Source: Lama glama (Eukaryota). Taken from it: a stretch of DNA of 64,000 nucleotides. Below are positions 37,854-48,004 of this stretch, piece by piece. Position 1 is the stretch's first letter, and each line of letters starts with the position of its first letter. Location: contig CM052816.1 in assembly GCA_028534125.1 (NCBI GenBank), positions 98,396,001-98,460,000 of the forward strand, written 5' to 3'. The notes under the pieces were generated by a model. The model was given only the letters and a program-made list of their open reading frames with translations, was not told the DNA's origin and ran no database searches. Both the position numbers and the translations under genes were made by a program.

Positions 37854-39272
37854 TTTTTAATTGAGGTGTAGCTGATTTACAATGTTGCGCTTCTGGTGCA
37901 CAGCATAGAGGGTCAGCTGTACATATGCGCAAGCACTCTTTCCCATTACAGCTCATTACAAGCTGCTGAATGTAGTTCCCTGTGCTCCACAGTGGGGCCT
38001 CGTTGTTTATCTGCTTTCCAGACAGTGCTGTGTATCTGCCAATCCCAGACTCCCAGTTTATCCCCCCCACTTTCCCTTTGGTAACCATTTGTTTTCTATG
38101 TCTGTGAGTCTGTCTGTTTTGTAAGTAAGTTCACTTGTGTCATTTTTCTTTTAGATTCCACATGTAAGTGATACCCTATGATATTTGTCTTTCTCTGTCT
38201 GACTTACTCCACTTAGTATGATCATCTCTAGGTCCATTTATGTTGCTGCAAATGGCATTTCATTACTTTTTAGGGCTGAGTATAAATCTCATGTCTTTAT
38301 CCAGTCATCTGTCCATGGACATTCAGGCTGTTTCCTTGTCTTGGCTGTTGTAAACAGTGCTGCTATGAACACTGGGGTGCATGTGTCTTCTCAAATTAGA
38401 ATTTTCTTCAGATATATGCCCAGAAGTGAGATTGCTGGATCATATGGTAACTCTAATTTTAGTTTTTTAAGGAATCTCTGTACTGTTTTCCAGTGGCTAC
38501 ACCAAATTACACTCCCTCCAGCAGTGTAGGAAGGTTCCCTTTTCTCCACACTGTCTCCAGCATTTATTGTTTGTGAACTTTTTAATGATCGCCATTCTGA
38601 CCAGTGTGAGATGACACCTCATTGTAGTTTTAATTTGCATTTCTCTGATAATTAGTGAAATTCAGCATTTTTCCGTGTGCCTATTGACCATCTGTATGTC
38701 TTTATTGGAGAAATGTCTGTTTGGGTCTTCTGCCCAGTTTTGATCAGCTTTTTGCTGTTGTTGTTACGGAGCTGTAGGAGCTGTAGGGGCTGTAGGAGCT
38801 GTAGGGGCTGTAGGGGCTGTAGGGGCTGTAGGGGCTGTTTGTGTATTCTGGAGGTTAACCCCTTGTCAGTCACATTGTTTGCAAATATTTTCTCCCATTT
38901 TAAAGGGTTATCTTTTTGTTTTTCTTATAGTTTCCTTTGCTGTATAAAAGATTATGTTTAATTAGGTCCTATTTGTTTATTTTTGCTTTTATTTATTTTG
39001 CCTTGGGAGACTGACCTAGGAAAACAGTGCTACAATTTATGTCAGAGTGTTTTCCTGTATTATCTTCTAGGGGATTTATGCTGTCCTGTCTTATATATTT
39101 AAGTCTTTAAGCCATTTTGAGTTTATTTTTGTGTATTCTAGCTTCACTGATTTACATGCGGCTGTCCAGTTTTCCCAACATCACTTGCCAAAGAGACTGT
39201 CTTTTCTCCATTGCATGTTCTTGCCTCCTTTGTCAAAGGTGAATTGACCATATGTGTGTGTGGTTTTTTTCC
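37854..39272 (-). mobile_element. 1.4-kb 5'-truncated LINE-1 (ORF2 C-terminal part plus 3'UTR)
   Basis: ORF2-like peptide TDKGLTSRIHKQ... in ORF 38652..38873. 16-bp TSD tcaaagagc(g/a)catttt at 37838-37853 and 39273-39288. Confidence 0.95.
38771..38838. repeat. 9-bp minisatellite (gctgtagg[a/g]) x7.5 inside L1 ORF2
   Basis: Units counted directly. Confidence 0.95.
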
Positions 39273-39344
39273 TCAAAGAGCACATTTTAGTCCCAGTCTT
39301 GTGACCTCCTTGACCTGGTGCAAACTGGGAGCATTGCATCATGT

Positions 39345-39680
39345 GGGGTCCAAGCTGGGAAAATATATTGATCTTAAAACAGCTTAACTAATGAGTGTTT
39401 AATGAAGAGTCTACAAAAAGATTATGCACAGGGCCCAGGGAAAACATTAAGAGGTGGCCAGGCCCCAGGTACTGGCAACACCAGGGAGCAAGTGGCAAAA
39501 CACGGTCATCATGTTCCAGCCTTAGCACCTCTTGTCTCTGGCCTGTGCCACCCGCTGGCCGGACTCTACCTGGAGTTAAAGGCACAGGGGCCGATGAGTG
39601 TAATCGGTCCCAGTCAGCCTCCCAGCTTGGAGGAGGTGCAGAAGGGTGGATGCGGGTTTTGGGTGTGATGTACACCCTCC
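39345..39680 (-). mobile_element. ERVL LTR relic (LTR33-like)
   Basis: 'gtgtttaatgaagagtct...ccaggtactggcaacaccaggga...agtcagcctccc...agaagggtggatgcgg'. Confidence 0.6.
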
Positions 39681-40869
39681 TCGTCTCCCCAGCCTTCGGG
39701 CTGCCCTTTTCCACCGCCCTCTTGGTGTCTTCTTCCTCTGCTCGTCTGTAAGTGGAGCCTTTCCCCAGGGTTCTGCCCTCACCCCTCTGTTCCTGCTCCC
39801 CTTCCCTCAGGGAAGTGTGTCCACGCTGTGAGGTTAGCTGATCCCTCTCCACCTGTGTCCCGGCACAGCCCTGTTTATAGAAGCCCCCAGCACAACACAC
39901 TAAATCTAGTTGCACCTCCTACCTCTAACCTCACTGCTTTGCCATCGGTCTTTGGTGGGAGTTATCCTTATATCTGCCTTCTCCTCTATCCCCACCTCCA
40001 ATGAACCACCAAGTCCAATGAAGGATCCTGCCCCAGACCCCGCACGGCCATCCCCAGGTGCCGCATTTCTCTCTGAATTCCTGCCACTGCCTCGCAGTTG
40101 GTCCTGCAGACATGAGGCTCCTCCGAGAAATGCAGCCTGTCAGTGCACGGTCACATGTTTTCTTTTTCCTAAAGCACATCTGAACAGCTCACAACATACA
40201 TCATGATGTACACTCAGAGAATAGCATCTGGGAAGAGTTAAAACAACAGACAAAATTGTTGTTATTTGCAACATAATTACAAAACAGGAATTAGACTAAA
40301 AATAAAAGTGCAGGTCCTCATCAATTCTAAGATTCATGAGAAGGAAGATAAAAACCTAAATATCAAGAGCTGTGTTTGAAGCTTTGGGAGGGTGGCTGAG
40401 AGCTGGATTGGCTGACACCCACGTGGTCCTCCTGAAGGAATAGCTTAGCACTACTGCTCACCTAATGCTAAGCTTGTGGGAGGAAGAACTTAAATGTTCA
40501 GCAAAAGACACTAGTAGGATGACTCCTGTGCCCAGATGCAGACTAGGGTAGAGAAAAGACTTGTACTCGGGTCTTCCGGCTGGGCTGAAGTTTAAGGAGA
40601 TATTACAAGTCTCTCCCTGCCTTCCTCAGGAGGGAGAGGTGTAAATAACTTGTACAATTCCTCATTTTAACTACCTGGGGAGCTTTTTCCTGATGAAGAG
40701 GCACCCAGCCCAGGGTCCTTCTCCATGCACTTATTGCTGATCTGGAAGAGCAAGACCGGAGAGTCACCATGGAAACCATCATTGGAGGCATGGACAACAC
40801 CTCTATTTGAACCAGAAAAAAATGCATCCGGGCATTAAACACTGGCTGGCATTGGAAGTCCTGGCCAGG

Positions 40870-41260
40870 ACTCCCTCACCTTCCTCCCTCCTGCACCATC
40901 TCAGCCTTGCTCTCCTCTTGACCCAGTCCTCACCTCATCAATTACCTGGTCTCCTGGCAACCACTTTCAGCATCTCCCAGGCATGTTCTTCAACAGCCTG
41001 CAGGTGCTTCAGAAAGCAAATCATATCAAGTCATTCCATCCCTGGCTTGGCCCGCAGAGCCCGCCCTGCCGACTTCTCTGAAGTTGTCCCTCTCACCTGC
41101 TTACCGCCCCAGCAGGCAGAGCAGGTCTTCCTTATGCAGTTCAGCCCAGTGCTCCCTGCCTCAGGGCATGTGCACCCAACATCCCTCAGCCCAGAACATC
41201 CCAGGAGTGAGCCATGCTTTTCTCTTTTGTTGGTCCTAATATTCTTAATCCCTAACTGAA
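40870..41260 (+). mobile_element. LINE-2 relic
   Basis: Pyrimidine-rich. 'acctggtctcctggcaacc...cttcaacagcctgcaggtgcttcagaaagcaaatcatatca' resembles the L2 3' region. Confidence 0.4.
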
Positions 41261-41517
41261 TCCATCCTGGCAACTGTGGTGCTGGAAGCGTAAAGGCAGT
41301 AAGAATGCACAGGGCTGTGAGAAGTGGCAATGATCAGGCTAAAACCAACAGGTGGGAGGGTTTGGCTCAGTCATGAGGAAGCGCCTGAGACCCTGGCAGT
41401 CCAAGGACAGGTAGGAGAAGGTAAAGGTTTCCGACCACATCAGTGCTGAGCAACGGTAATGCCTGTCAGCTGAGGTTTAGTAACAGGGGTCCATCTGCAC
41501 ACAGAAGTTTCTAGTTT

Positions 41518-41750
41518 TTTTAATATTTTTTTATTGAAGTATAGTCAGTTGGCAATGTTGTGTCAATTTCTGGTGTACAGCGTAATGCTTCAGTCATACA
41601 TATACGTACACATCTCAAGATAGTAAAAGCTGTTTATGACAGACCCACAGCCAGCACAACACTCAAAGGTGAAAAGTTGAAAGCCTTCGCTAAAACCTGG
41701 AGCAAGACAAGGGCGCCCACTCTCCCCACTTCTGCTCACACAGCACCGGC
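41518..41750 (-). mobile_element. 5'-inverted LINE-1 insertion: 3' end (minus, ~41518-41610) fused to an ORF2 RT piece (plus, ~41611-41748)
   Basis: L1 3' terminus reverse complement, then HLKIVKAVYDRPTASTTLKGEKLKAF (cf. ORF2 [26 protein letters not shown]). TSD ttctagttt at 41509-41517 and 41751-41759. Confidence 0.88.
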
Positions 41751-42189
41751 TTCTAGTTTCACAGCTGATGATCATGATGACGTCCGGCAGGTGTCCTGGG
41801 ACGCTCGTCTCCCTCGCTGGCCTGAACTTGAGAACAAAGGTCTTATTCCTCGTTATCTTCACAGCATGGGGACTGGTGCGTAGGCCAAGAGTAACAATCG
41901 TTTCATTGATTCCTTGGCTGCGCTGCAGCATTATGACTTCATGTGTTAAATTCAGATAGCCTCTCTATTTTGAGCTGGTCACCTAAATCAGAGTCTGCTT
42001 GTAAAAGGACACCTGAAATGTGGGTGGGAAACACCACCTCCATTTCTCAGGGCAGCTCACGGATGATAAGAGCCCAGCAGACAAAGAGGCACCGGACGCA
42101 GGCGGTGCACCTGGCACCTGGCCCAGGTGCTGGACCGGCACATCCAGACTCCGCAGTGCCGCCCTGGAGTTCCGAACCCCCTGACATGT

Positions 42190-42450
42190 GAAGCCGCGGT
42201 GTGAAGCGGGCGGCCTCGCGTCGCTCAGGAGGTGCATTATTAGCGGCGCCTGGCTAACAGGAACGTGACGGGGAGTGTGCCAGCTAGTCTCATTAGCATA
42301 GCCTTTTATTCCGGTCAGGACTAGAACAATTAATCACGCGGGCTATAACCCAGACTTCCAATTTCCATGGCGCTATCTGTTAATTTTAAATTAATGCTGT
42401 GCCCTTTGTCAATGAGCCCGAGGTGCTTTATAATAAGAGAATAAACATAA
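42190..42450. promoter_or_regulatory. Candidate enhancer (POU/SOX/homeodomain motifs next to a CpG cluster)
   Basis: ATTAGCAT 42292-42299, AACAAT 42325-42330 abutting TAATC, CTTTGT 42404-42409 and several TAAT cores. Confidence 0.3.
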
Positions 42451-42737
42451 GTAAAAAATATAAGAACATTCTTGGCATCCAATTTTTTCTTAAATGAGTG
42501 CATGATGAAGCCAACTTCCAGCTCTGGTTTAAAACTGAAAGCAGAGAGGCACTGAGAAGAAAGAGCTCTGGGGAGGGGAGAGACCTCCATCTCCCGCCAG
42601 CCTCTGTCAGCAAAGAGCTCTGTGGTCATGGGCGAGCTGGTCCTGCCCTCCACACCTCGACTTCTTTCTGTCAGAGAAAAGCATGAATGGCCTTCTTCTC
42701 TCCTGGGTTTTGTCAGGATCTTGTGTGATCGCAGGTG

Positions 42738-43045
42738 GTGCACAGGTCACGGTCCTTACAAAAATAGATGGCACACTCCAACGGGGAGGTGGAGGAGTGC
42801 TTCGTTCCAGAGATGTGGGCAGGAAGCAGAGAGCTCCGAATGGTGCAGTGCCTGGTTCTAAGCGGTCGGGGCACAGGAGTCAGGAACCTGGGGTAGAGAG
42901 ACCAAGGTGGAGAGGGACACTGGCAAAAGCTGGGACCGACAGTGGTGAGTCAGACAGCCTGTGACAGCCCATGTGTGTGTCGAGGTGGCCGGGGTAAACA
43001 CCCTGACCCCATCCTGCTCCTCCCCCTGGAGTGACCAGTGCTCTT
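42738..43045 (-). mobile_element. ERVL LTR relic (LTR33/LTR41-like)
   Basis: 'aaatagatggcacactccaa...agagatgtgggcagga...gggtaaacaccctgaccccatcctgctcc'. Confidence 0.6.
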
Positions 43046-43178
43046 CCTTGGATGAAGACAAATGGGGAGGCAGAGGACAAGGAAGCCTGTTGACACAGCT
43101 TATAAAAGTCAGACTCCTGGAGCAAATGAAAAATGTCCAGTGAAACCACTTTAAAAAAAAAATGTGACATAGAAGGGA

Positions 43179-43521
43179 TTTTTCTAAAAATTGGAGTATA
43201 GTCAGTTTACAGTGTTGTGTCAAATTCTGGTGTACAGCATCATGTTTCAGTCATGCATAAACATGCATATATTCCTTTTCATATTCTTTTTCATGATAGG
43301 TTACTGTAATATATTGAATATAGTTCCCTGTGCTGTACAATAGAACCTCGTTTTTTATTTCATATATAGTAGTTAGTATCTGAAAATCTCGAACTCCCAG
43401 CTTACCCCTTCCCTCCTCCCTTCCCCTCCAGTAATTGTAAGTTTGTTTTCTATGTCTGTGAGTCTGTTTCTGTTTTGCAAATAAGTTCATTTGTGTCTTT
43501 TTTTCTTTTTTTTTTTTTAGA
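43179..43521 (-). mobile_element. Lineage-type L1 3'UTR running into a gap
   Basis: 'gagtatagtcagtttacagtgttgtgtcaaattctggtgtacagca...gttttctatgtctgtgagtctgtttctgttttg'. Confidence 0.92.
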
Positions 43522-43621
43522 NNNNNNNNNNNNNNNNNNNNNNNNNNNNNNNNNNNNNNNNNNNNNNNNNNNNNNNNNNNNNNNNNNNNNNNNNNNNNNN
43601 NNNNNNNNNNNNNNNNNNNNN
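43522..43621. other. Assembly gap (100 N)
   Basis: Run of N. Confidence 1.
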
Positions 43622-44797
43622 ACATGGCACCTGGCTCTGGGAACAAACGGGGCACTGTCAGAGTCATCCCTGTGTGAGGATCAGTGAGTGGGAGCCTGCT
43701 TTCCCAGCAAGACTCCTTCCAGGACAGATAGCACATTTGCTCCCATGGCTGGAACAGGCAACAGAACACAGGGCAGACCTTACCTGTAGAAGGAGGTCCT
43801 CTGTCAGGAGGACCACCTGCCTCCCTGGGCAGTGGGACTCCCTGCTCCAGCTTTGAGGACCGATCTGATTGACATGGTAGTGAAAACGTGCAGTTAATGT
43901 AAAAGAGCATCTCATTTAAAAAATTATATTTTAGGAGGTTTCTTGGAAAGTGAATTCTGGTGCAGAAAATATTGTTTGCCTCACTTCTGCATCTTGTTAC
44001 AGCTGAGTTATGTCTTTGGAGAAGAAAACAAACCCAACAGTACAGGAGATGGGCTATCAAAATGCTCCTCCATCCTTCACCTGTAGGGAAAAAAATCCCA
44101 GACACTCCTCAAATGTTAAGAAAGTAATCACAGAAGATGAGTGAAGAGGTCATTGGCCGTCCTCACACCTCCTACCCCAGAGCAAACTGTGCCTTGTGCT
44201 GTCACAGCTAAGACTTTAGGAGAGACAGACCCCTAGTTGACCCCATCTCTTTAAAGAGCACGTGAGGAAGTCGGCATGGGACACCCAGAATCCTGCCTAA
44301 TTAAGAAGTAATGTCTATTTGGTTCTTACACATGGATTTCAATGCTCCTGAGATGGAAGCATGCTGGCACTTTACTATAAAAGAGCCTACATTCTTCTAA
44401 ACTGTACTATGAAACTGTAAAGACCATAAAATAAATGAATTACAACTTTGTGCAGAGAAGTCCACACAGAATAGCTGTTGTCTCAGTAAGTGCCCTGAGA
44501 TCGTCTTCATCTCGCACTTCAAGATGCATGTTTCGAGCCTCAGTGAGATCCATTCCTAACTGCCCAAGACAGGCAGGATGCTGTGACCATATCCCCATTT
44601 TCCTGTCCACACCTGAAGGACAGGAAGGCTGGCACTGGTCTGATGGTGAAATGCCTGGGGCCCATGGACCATTGTCAAAAGGATTTGTCCATGTCAGCAC
44701 ATTCTAATAGGGCCCAACTCTTAAATTAATCTTTACCCAAGCGTAACGGGTATGCCAGAGTAACAACTAAGTCCCACTAAGCCTTCATCCGTGTGTG

Positions 44798-45543
44798 CGT
44801 ATCAGTTATCCGTTTCTGGGTGACAAATTGCTACAACCTCAACAGCTGAAGACAACAATATTTTAAAATTTTCTTTGATTGAGATTTAACTGATACACAA
44901 AAACTTGTACATGTGTTTAATGTGCACATCTTGGTGAGTCTGGAGACACACATACACCCATGATTTCTACCACATCCAGGGCACGTTCTTGTGTTCTTTT
45001 GTGGTTTTCTTTTTTTGGGGGGGGTAAGAAAATTTAATGAGATTTATCTTTTTCACGTGATTTAAAGTGCACACGCTGCATTCATTCAGCAGTAATGTAT
45101 CATCCACAGTTTCTGTGGTCAGGAGCCAGGGCACAGCCCACTGACTGGGCCCTCTGCTGATGGTCACAAGGCTGCGAAGTGCTGGTCAGAGGTGAGTTCT
45201 CATCTGGAGGCTCAGCTGGGGAAGGGTCCACTTCCAGGCTCCCCAGGGTGTGGGCAGAATCCACTCCTTGAGGCTGTGGGATTGAGGGCTCTGGCTTCTC
45301 ACTGGCCGTCAGCTAGAGTTCGCCCTCAGCTCTTGGCAGCACAGCCGCTCACCTCCTCAATCAGCAAAAGAGCTTGTCCAGAGCCAGCCTGCTAAGGCTG
45401 TTTTAGGCAACGTGACAGAATCCCAGGAGTGGCCTTTGCCGTGTTCGCCTGTTGAGAAGGTAGTCACAGGTTCCAGCTGGACTCGGGGGCATAACTACCT
45501 TCCTGCAGGGGACGAGGAGACGCCTTAGAAGTCTTGCCTCTGC
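44798..45543 (-). mobile_element. MaLR LTR (MLT1E-like) interrupted by an L1 fragment
   Basis: 'gtatcagtta...gtgacaaattgctacaacctc...' resumes at 'cacagtttctgtggtcaggagcc...tcatctggaggctcagctggggaagg'. Confidence 0.8.
44862..45085 (-). mobile_element. L1MA-like 3' end nested in the MLT1 LTR
   Basis: 'tgattgagatttaactgatacacaaaaacttgtacat...aatgtgcacatcttggtgagtctggaga...gtaagaaaatttaatgagattta'. Confidence 0.75.
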
Positions 45544-45711
45544 AAAAAGTCCTCTAGAAACCCTACAGTGAAGCCCCACCCTCATGCAAGTAATCACCTG
45601 CCTTGTATGATTTATCTCCACACATTTTTCTGAAAGAAAAGATTATCTATACCAGAAGGGTTTGGGTGGGAGCATGTTAAAAAAAATGAGTCCTGTGAGA
45701 GAAGCCAGTAT

Positions 45712-45735
45712 CACACACACACACACACACACACT
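45712..45735. repeat. (CA)n microsatellite
   Basis: Read directly. Confidence 0.9.
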
Positions 45736-45749
45736 CCTGATTCAGCTCA

Positions 45750-45930
45750 TTGTGACAAGCTGAGCAGGTGTCATGCTGGAGAAGCCCCATGCAGACAGGA
45801 GCGGGCTCTCCCTTGCACCCCACCACGCTCAGTCACTGGCTGGAAGCAGCCCAGGCGGAATCTGTAAGGTGGGAACCAGGGCTGCTTGCCAGCTCTGCTC
45901 CCTTCGTGCTCTCCCAGCGGCAGGCTCTTG
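45750..45930 (-). mobile_element. ERVL LTR relic (LTR16-like)
   Basis: 'cccttgcaccccaccacgctcagtcactggctggaagcagccc' resembles LTR16 reverse complement. Confidence 0.45.
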
Positions 45931-46384
45931 AAGAAGGTCTGAGAGCCCCCACCCCAGCCCCATCCCCTGCCCTGCTGGGCCCCCCGTGGGGGACGGAGCC
46001 AGCACTCAGAGCCCACCCCTCTGCACACTAAAGGGGTTACTTGCACTTCAGGTGTTATTTTTTTTACCTTAGACATTCCACTAGGCTACTTAAAATGCAC
46101 TTTAATTTTCAAGGCTCTAACTAGGCAATGCTTTGAAAGTTTAGGTTTATAGAATTGGAGTTCACTTTCAGTTTATTTCCAAACTTCCCAGAATAGGGGA
46201 TCTCAGGTAGGGAGAGGCTGTTATTTAGTTCTCAAATCTGCAAGATCGTTTCACAGGGAAACTAGATGAGACTCCCACTGGGAAGTAAAAGCTGGCGAAT
46301 TTCACTTTCTTGGTGTTTTCTTGGGTTTCATCTTGTTATTTTGGTCTTGGGATTACCTAACATGTAATTCGCAGGTTTTTCTTG

Positions 46385-46530
46385 TCGCATATACATTCAT
46401 ATATACATTCTATGTGTGTGTACACATATCTATAAAGGCAGAGATAAGGGAGACACACGCACATGTATGATGTATGATCTATGTTCAGTTTATATCTACG
46501 TACACGTAAGTATGTACTTACGTGCGTATT
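46385..46530. repeat. Low-complexity alternating purine-pyrimidine tract
   Basis: TA/CA/TG-rich degenerate repeat. Confidence 0.7.
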
Positions 46531-48004
46531 TTTTGCGTTTTTAAAAATTTTGAATTTTAAGTTGCAAGGAAGAGAAATGGAAGAAAACAACTACGGATGC
46601 CTCAAAACCATGCTTCTGAGGATGTCCATCTCACTGATAGAACAGACTGTAATGAGTTATTTTTCCACCTAAGTGAAAGATAGTAAAAATGATGTGTAAA
46701 AGAACAACTCTGAAGACAAGGCTTAGGCATTTACAGCTAAAAATTTTTGGCGAAAATGTCATCCCCTGAATGTACATTTGCTTTAAAACAGTGGCCTGCT
46801 TTGCATGGACCAGCCAGTGGACGATGGCTTATTTACCCCCTGCAGGAACTGTAGGCAGCAGGCACTGTCCGTGTCTCATTTGGGTAGCTAGGGACTCAAG
46901 GTCTTACGAGATGGAACTTGCCCATGTATGATCCAAAGGTTTAGTGTTTTCCCTCTGGTTTCAGTTTGGTTTATTTGCAAGTATATGAGATGATAGACAC
47001 CTAGGTTTTGCAGAATAGAAGCTGGCTGCAAGGGTGCTAATCATGAAAGCAGTCTAAAACGCTTTCAGTGCCGTCACTGTTTTAAACAGCCTTCCAAAGT
47101 TAAATTCAAAAACAACCTATGAAAAGCTGAAGGTAATAATATGGTTGATCTACTGCTTCTACCCTTCATGTTTTCCCACTTGAGTGAGGAAAGCTGGTCT
47201 TTGCACATGTTTGCAGGACACATTAGCAGATTAGGGGTCAGGGTGAGAAGTTGTGCCTTTTTTATTTTTTTTTTTTGCATAATATAAGAGCTGTTGGGGC
47301 AAAAGTAAGCAATTGGTGCTGATGCGGCCACAGCCTGCTTCTTTGGGACACTGTATACATCTGGATGGTGGGGTCAGTCAAGATAAGAGCTTCCTGTCAC
47401 ACACGTGCAGGGTCCTGTACCAGAGGAGAACGGCACCACCAGCGAAGTCGCGCTGGTCGGGTGTAGCTGCCACACAAACTGAACAGAGCAGAACTCATGA
47501 AATTGTCATCCCAAATCAATTCCATCTGAGGGGAAATTTGGGTCCTGTGCGGAGAGAACGTGAAAGGTGATGCTGAGACCCATCCTTGAAATGGCACTTG
47601 GAATGGCTTTCCCACGTGCTAAGTCTGGTTCGTGTCAAGCAGAGCGCTGTGCTTGGTGGGAACTGAGGAGCTTATGACCCCACGTCGCTGATCCCTGCAT
47701 CACTTCTTACTGATACCAGTCTAATGCAGGGCTCTGATGGCCTCCAAATGATAACACAAGCTTCAGTCTGAAATGCCAGAGGCGTGGGGCTCTCCCGAGC
47801 TTATTTTAAAGACACAAAACTCATTCTTTCTGGAGTAGAATAAGCCACAGTTTGAGGAACCAGATTCTGACTCAGAGACTCATATTTAAGCTAATGGTTC
47901 TGAGTCCGACTAAAGAGGCTGGTTTGGGAAAGACAAGAGCTTCAGCCTCACTTGGGAAAGCCCATCCTTACATGGAGAGAGTCATCGTTACACAGCTGAA
48001 GCAT

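Noticed and set aside
43251..44105. 284-aa ORF
   Set aside because: Spans an N gap and an L1 3'UTR.
46503..46524. Hairpin cacgtaagta-tg-tacttacgtg as a miRNA or terminator
   Set aside because: Too short for a pre-miRNA and embedded in a self-complementary low-complexity tract.
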